Of a DNA stretch of 64,000 nt, positions 61,145 through 64,000 are shown piece by piece. How positions within the stretch are numbered: the stretch's first letter is position 1; the number at the start of each line of letters is the position of its first letter. The stretch lies in IMG/VR virus record IMGVR_UViG_3300005393_000370; one strand, written 5' to 3'. Below the pieces are notes generated by a model. It saw nothing but the letters and a program-made list of their open reading frames with translations. It did no database searches and had not been told where the DNA came from. Source of the DNA: a virus. The position numbers and the translations under genes were made by a program.

Positions 61145-61950
61145 TGAAGTTCGTTCGTAAACGAAAACGCGGCCAGAACAAGAAGGTCCGCAAGACGTGG
61201 TTCTCGGAAGAGGGCTACCGGATCGTCTGGCGAAAAGAAGTGTGCGGCGTCCGCGTGCCCGCCCGCTTCCAAGCGTGCGTGCGAACCGTGATCCCCTACA
61301 GCGACGGACAACCACGGCAGATGTGGGAGTTCGTCAACTACAAGCGCCGCCTGATTAAGACCCTCCAAGCGGCGCAGGACGAGTGCGAGAAACACAAGCG
61401 ACTCTGGACGAGGGCGTGTGAGGCGACGGGCATCCGGGCTTTGAAGGAACTGTTCGGCGGCAAGCTGCCGATGGGGATGCCCTTTTGGGCGCGAAAGAAC
61501 ATGGACCGCCGGCTGTACGGAATCTTGATGGACAGCCGGCCAATGAAGTACCGCGAAGACGAGGAAGACGAGACATGCACCGAGAGTTCACAACCGGCTT
61601 CCGACGCACCCGGCCCCGGCGGTCCCACCAGAACTTCGGACTGTTCTGCCTCGCCCACGGAAGCAGTTTTGGCAACCCGTACCCCTGCCTCGCCTGCCGA
61701 GGGCAAGGGACGGTGTACGACCCCACGGACCCGCCGTGCCCCGTCGAAGGCAACAAGTATCGACGCACCATCCGCTGTACCGCCTGCGGAGGCAGCGGCA
61801 AAGGGACGAAAGCGGCGTGCCGCCAAGCGTACCAGAAACTCGTCGAAGAGTACCGGCAGCAGAGGGCGGAATACGACCAACTCGCCGGCATCCGACGACA
61901 AGTCCTCCGGCGGCTCACGAAAGAAGAGGTCCAAGCCCTCCGGGAGCTAG
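61144..61950 (+). CDS. basic hypothetical protein with low-complexity read-through tail
   Basis: TGATG coupling; first 143 aa look globular, the remainder overlaps the next gene. Confidence 0.55.
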   Translation: MKFVRKRKRGQNKKVRKTWFSEEGYRIVWRKEVCGVRVPARFQACVRTVIPYSDGQPRQMWEFVNYKRRLIKTLQAAQDECEKHKRLWTRACEATGIRALKELFGGKLPMGMPFWARKNMDRRLYGILMDSRPMKYREDEEDETCTESSQPASDAPGPGGPTRTSDCSASPTEAVLATRTPASPAEGKGRCTTPRTRRAPSKATSIDAPSAVPPAEAAAKGRKRRAAKRTRNSSKSTGSRGRNTTNSPASDDKSSGGSRKKRSKPSGS

Positions 61951-61958
61951 GTCTATGA
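61575..61958 (+). CDS. DnaJ-type zinc-finger protein
   Basis: CLACRGQG and CTACGGSG, then coiled coil; ATGA coupling to the next gene. Confidence 0.6.
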   Translation: MHREFTTGFRRTRPRRSHQNFGLFCLAHGSSFGNPYPCLACRGQGTVYDPTDPPCPVEGNKYRRTIRCTACGGSGKGTKAACRQAYQKLVEEYRQQRAEYDQLAGIRRQVLRRLTKEEVQALRELGL

Positions 61959-62152
61959 CGCCGCTGGCTGAATTGCGAAGGCGAGTTAAGCGCGAAGCGC
62001 CGTTCATCGGCGCGAAGCCTTATTCGCACAACATCGTCCGGCTGACCCTGGCCCAGATCGCCGAGGACCACAGCCGCGCAGAAGCGAACAGGGCTGTCCG
62101 CGACTTCAACCTGGAAAGCAAAGGCTTCAACACGGAGCCGGAGAATGAGTGA
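61955..62152 (+). CDS. hypothetical protein
   Basis: 65 aa; PYSHNIVRLTL motif. Confidence 0.55.
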   Translation: MTPLAELRRRVKREAPFIGAKPYSHNIVRLTLAQIAEDHSRAEANRAVRDFNLESKGFNTEPENE

Positions 62153-62666
62153 GTTCTGCCCGCGCTGCACGGCACCGCTGGAAACGAACCGGGACGACGA
62201 CCGCCTATGCGAAGTCTGCGGCTGGTTCGGCGACCGACGCGAGGCCCTAGCCATTCCGCCGCGCAGCGACGTGTTCAATCCGGTGCTCGCGGCGGCGCAG
62301 GCCCTTGAACTGTACCGCGACGTGTGCCGCAAGGAACTGATCGGCGAGCAGGTCTACGACGCTGGCAGCGCGACCGAGGCGGACCTGCGCCGTTTATACG
62401 TCGCCCGACGGCACGCCGCGCATTCAATCATCGAGATGTTCGTTGTCCTGCGCAGCCGAGCCACGAAGCAACAACTCAAGCGAATCGAGGGCCGGGTCCG
62501 GTGGCCCGAGAACTGGACCGACCGCCACTACAACGCCACCAACGAACCCTGTGACCACCTGATAGGACCGTGTTCCTGCGGGGCCTGGCACCAGGAACAT
62601 GAGGACTGGGTGCAGGCCATGCTGCTGAAGCACAACGCAGAGATCATCGACGGAGACCAATCGTGA
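62145..62666 (+). CDS. zinc-ribbon hypothetical protein
   Basis: CPRC...CEVCG N-terminus; CDHLIGPCSCGAWH C-terminus. Confidence 0.65.
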   Translation: MSEFCPRCTAPLETNRDDDRLCEVCGWFGDRREALAIPPRSDVFNPVLAAAQALELYRDVCRKELIGEQVYDAGSATEADLRRLYVARRHAAHSIIEMFVVLRSRATKQQLKRIEGRVRWPENWTDRHYNATNEPCDHLIGPCSCGAWHQEHEDWVQAMLLKHNAEIIDGDQS

Positions 62667-63577
62667 GGAAACTCTGCCCGAAATGCGAGGAACTGCTGCA
62701 CGTGGACAATAGCGGCATCGCCCGCTGTGCCGGCTGCGGCTGGGAAGGTCCGGCGAATGAAGGCCGCCGTGAGCCGAGCCTGCCGGCCACCCCGCCGAAG
62801 ATGCCATACGTCTCCATCGACATCGAGACGACCGGCCTTGATCCCGCCACTTGCCAAACCCTTGAGGTGGGAGCCGTGATAGACGACTGGAAAACGCCCA
62901 TCGACCAGTTTCCCCGTTTCCGGCGAGTCCTGACCTACGAGACCGTCAGCGGCAATCCCTACGCGATGGCGCTGAACGCCAACTTGCTGAAGTTCATGGC
63001 CAGCGCGCCGCACGATCCGCCGCAGCCGCACCATCTGGCCGTGGCGAAGTGGGTCGAGACGTGTGCCATCACGCAGCCGGTGGAGACCGCCACCGTGGTC
63101 CTGGGTCAATCGCTGGGAACCGAGCCGATCTCCTGGTCGGACATCCCGAACGCGCTTCTGGCCGGGATGCGCTGCCGCGAGTTCCACGACAAGCTGCTGG
63201 CGCTGGCCGCCAATCCGCCGGGCACGAGTTGTTTCTGCCGGCCGGAGCAATTTGTCGGCCTGTTCCGCGCGTGGCTCGTGGCCTGCGGCCTTGATCCGCT
63301 TTCCCTGCAAGCGGCTGGCAAAAACTTCGCCAGCTTTGACATGCAGTTTCTCTGCCGGCTTCCCGGTTTCCGTCAAGCCGTGAAGTTCCGGCATCGTGTC
63401 CTGGACCCCGCCATCCTCTTCTGGCGACCGCTGGAAGACGAGCGACTGCCCGACAGCAAGACGTGCTACGAGCGGGCCGGCATGGATGGCAAGGTCGCCC
63501 ACACGGCCGTTGAAGACGCCCTGGCAGTGGTGAGGCTCGTTCGCATGGGCGTCAAGCGCCTGGAAGGCATGAAGTAG
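62663..63577 (+). CDS. DEDDh exonuclease with N-terminal zinc ribbon and internal insertion
   Basis: CPKC..CAGC; SIDIETTG, AGKNFASFD and HTAVEDA. Confidence 0.85.
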   Translation: MRKLCPKCEELLHVDNSGIARCAGCGWEGPANEGRREPSLPATPPKMPYVSIDIETTGLDPATCQTLEVGAVIDDWKTPIDQFPRFRRVLTYETVSGNPYAMALNANLLKFMASAPHDPPQPHHLAVAKWVETCAITQPVETATVVLGQSLGTEPISWSDIPNALLAGMRCREFHDKLLALAANPPGTSCFCRPEQFVGLFRAWLVACGLDPLSLQAAGKNFASFDMQFLCRLPGFRQAVKFRHRVLDPAILFWRPLEDERLPDSKTCYERAGMDGKVAHTAVEDALAVVRLVRMGVKRLEGMK

Positions 63578-63607
63578 GTCTCTTCTTCTGCTGTTCCTTT
63601 TGTTCGT

Positions 63608-63642
63608 GCCGGCCCGCCTGTGTGGGCGGGCCGGCGTTCTTC
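63608..63642 (+). terminator. putative intrinsic terminator
   Basis: 11-bp perfect stem GCCGGCCCGCC/GGCGGGCCGGC followed by GTTCTTC. Confidence 0.55.
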
Positions 63643-63665
63643 AACTCTGATTCGAGAGACATCCC

Positions 63666-63962
63666 ATGAACGAAGTCCGTGAAAGTCTGGCCCGCATCAA
63701 CACCTTGCTGATCTCCGACCTGAAGGGAACCAGCGACGAGTTGCGAATCCTGATCGCCGCCATCCGCAGAGAAACCGACGCGCAGAGCGAAGTGCTGCGA
63801 ACCGCCGAGTCCGGCGACCCGGCCTACATCGCCGCCAGCAACGGCTTGGTCGAATTGCTGCAACTGAACCAGGCAGCCGTGGCCGCTAACGCCGAGATTG
63901 ACCGGCTGTGCCTCGCCGCCGGCAAGGCCGTCGCTAAGTTGATGAAGAAGGCCCCCAAATAG
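63666..63962 (+). CDS. helical hypothetical protein
   Basis: 98 aa; GAG RBS; coiled-coil pattern. Confidence 0.6.
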   Translation: MNEVRESLARINTLLISDLKGTSDELRILIAAIRRETDAQSEVLRTAESGDPAYIAASNGLVELLQLNQAAVAANAEIDRLCLAAGKAVAKLMKKAPK

Positions 63963-64000
63963 GCCAACCGGCCCCGTCATTTCTAACCGGACAGGATACA

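Noticed and set aside
1-64000. Many long antisense and alternate-frame ORFs (e.g. 7470-9437, 11416-13464, 13576-15933, 37705-39696, 43673-45226 on the minus strand)
   Set aside because: They shadow well-supported genes, lack motifs and RBS, and are expected in GC-rich DNA.
1-64000. tRNA, rRNA or tmRNA genes; stop-codon reassignment
   Set aside because: No cloverleaf or T-loop context was seen in intergenic gaps; genes are full length in the standard code and all three stops are used.

Overview
Most of the genome of a GC-rich, long-tailed dsDNA phage of siphovirus type (no sheath gene seen). The window starts just after the 3' end of an unseen gene, so the genome may be incomplete. Three blocks: (1) 118-26214 (+): packaging and virion genes, namely an exported thioredoxin, GpA-type terminase, portal, scaffold, P22-like major capsid, head-tail proteins, tail tube, frameshift-type tail chaperone, 1272-aa tape measure, three tandem paralogous receptor-binding proteins, a repeat-rich tail protein and a tail-tip hub. 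(2) 26540-31381 (-): two Cys-rich proteins, a DEDDh exonuclease, a dATP/dGTP diphosphohydrolase-like protein and an AEP primase-SF3 helicase. (3) 31552-63962 (+): two ParB-like proteins, SNF2 helicase, family A polymerase, ATP ligase, sigma-70-type factor, five DNA methyltransferases, a radical-SAM-like protein, DeoC plus a nucleoside deoxyribosyltransferase-like enzyme, a 5'-nucleotidase, two metallophosphoesterases and four protease families. No integrase, tRNA, CRISPR array, recognisable endolysin, small terminase or head-module prohead protease was found. Strongest observations: a shared N-terminal leader peptide (LYLSxPxxAC[F/Y]E) on scaffold and capsid; a 40-bp bipartite element in four copies together with a phage sigma factor; a duplicated structured leader at 556 and 6965; an adjacent NDT-like/DeoC deoxynucleotide catabolism pair; and exported thioredoxin plus exported trypsin-like protease where a lysis cassette appears to be missing. 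All family assignments come from motif recognition by eye, not database searches. The host cannot be determined here; Planctomycetota is only a guess.
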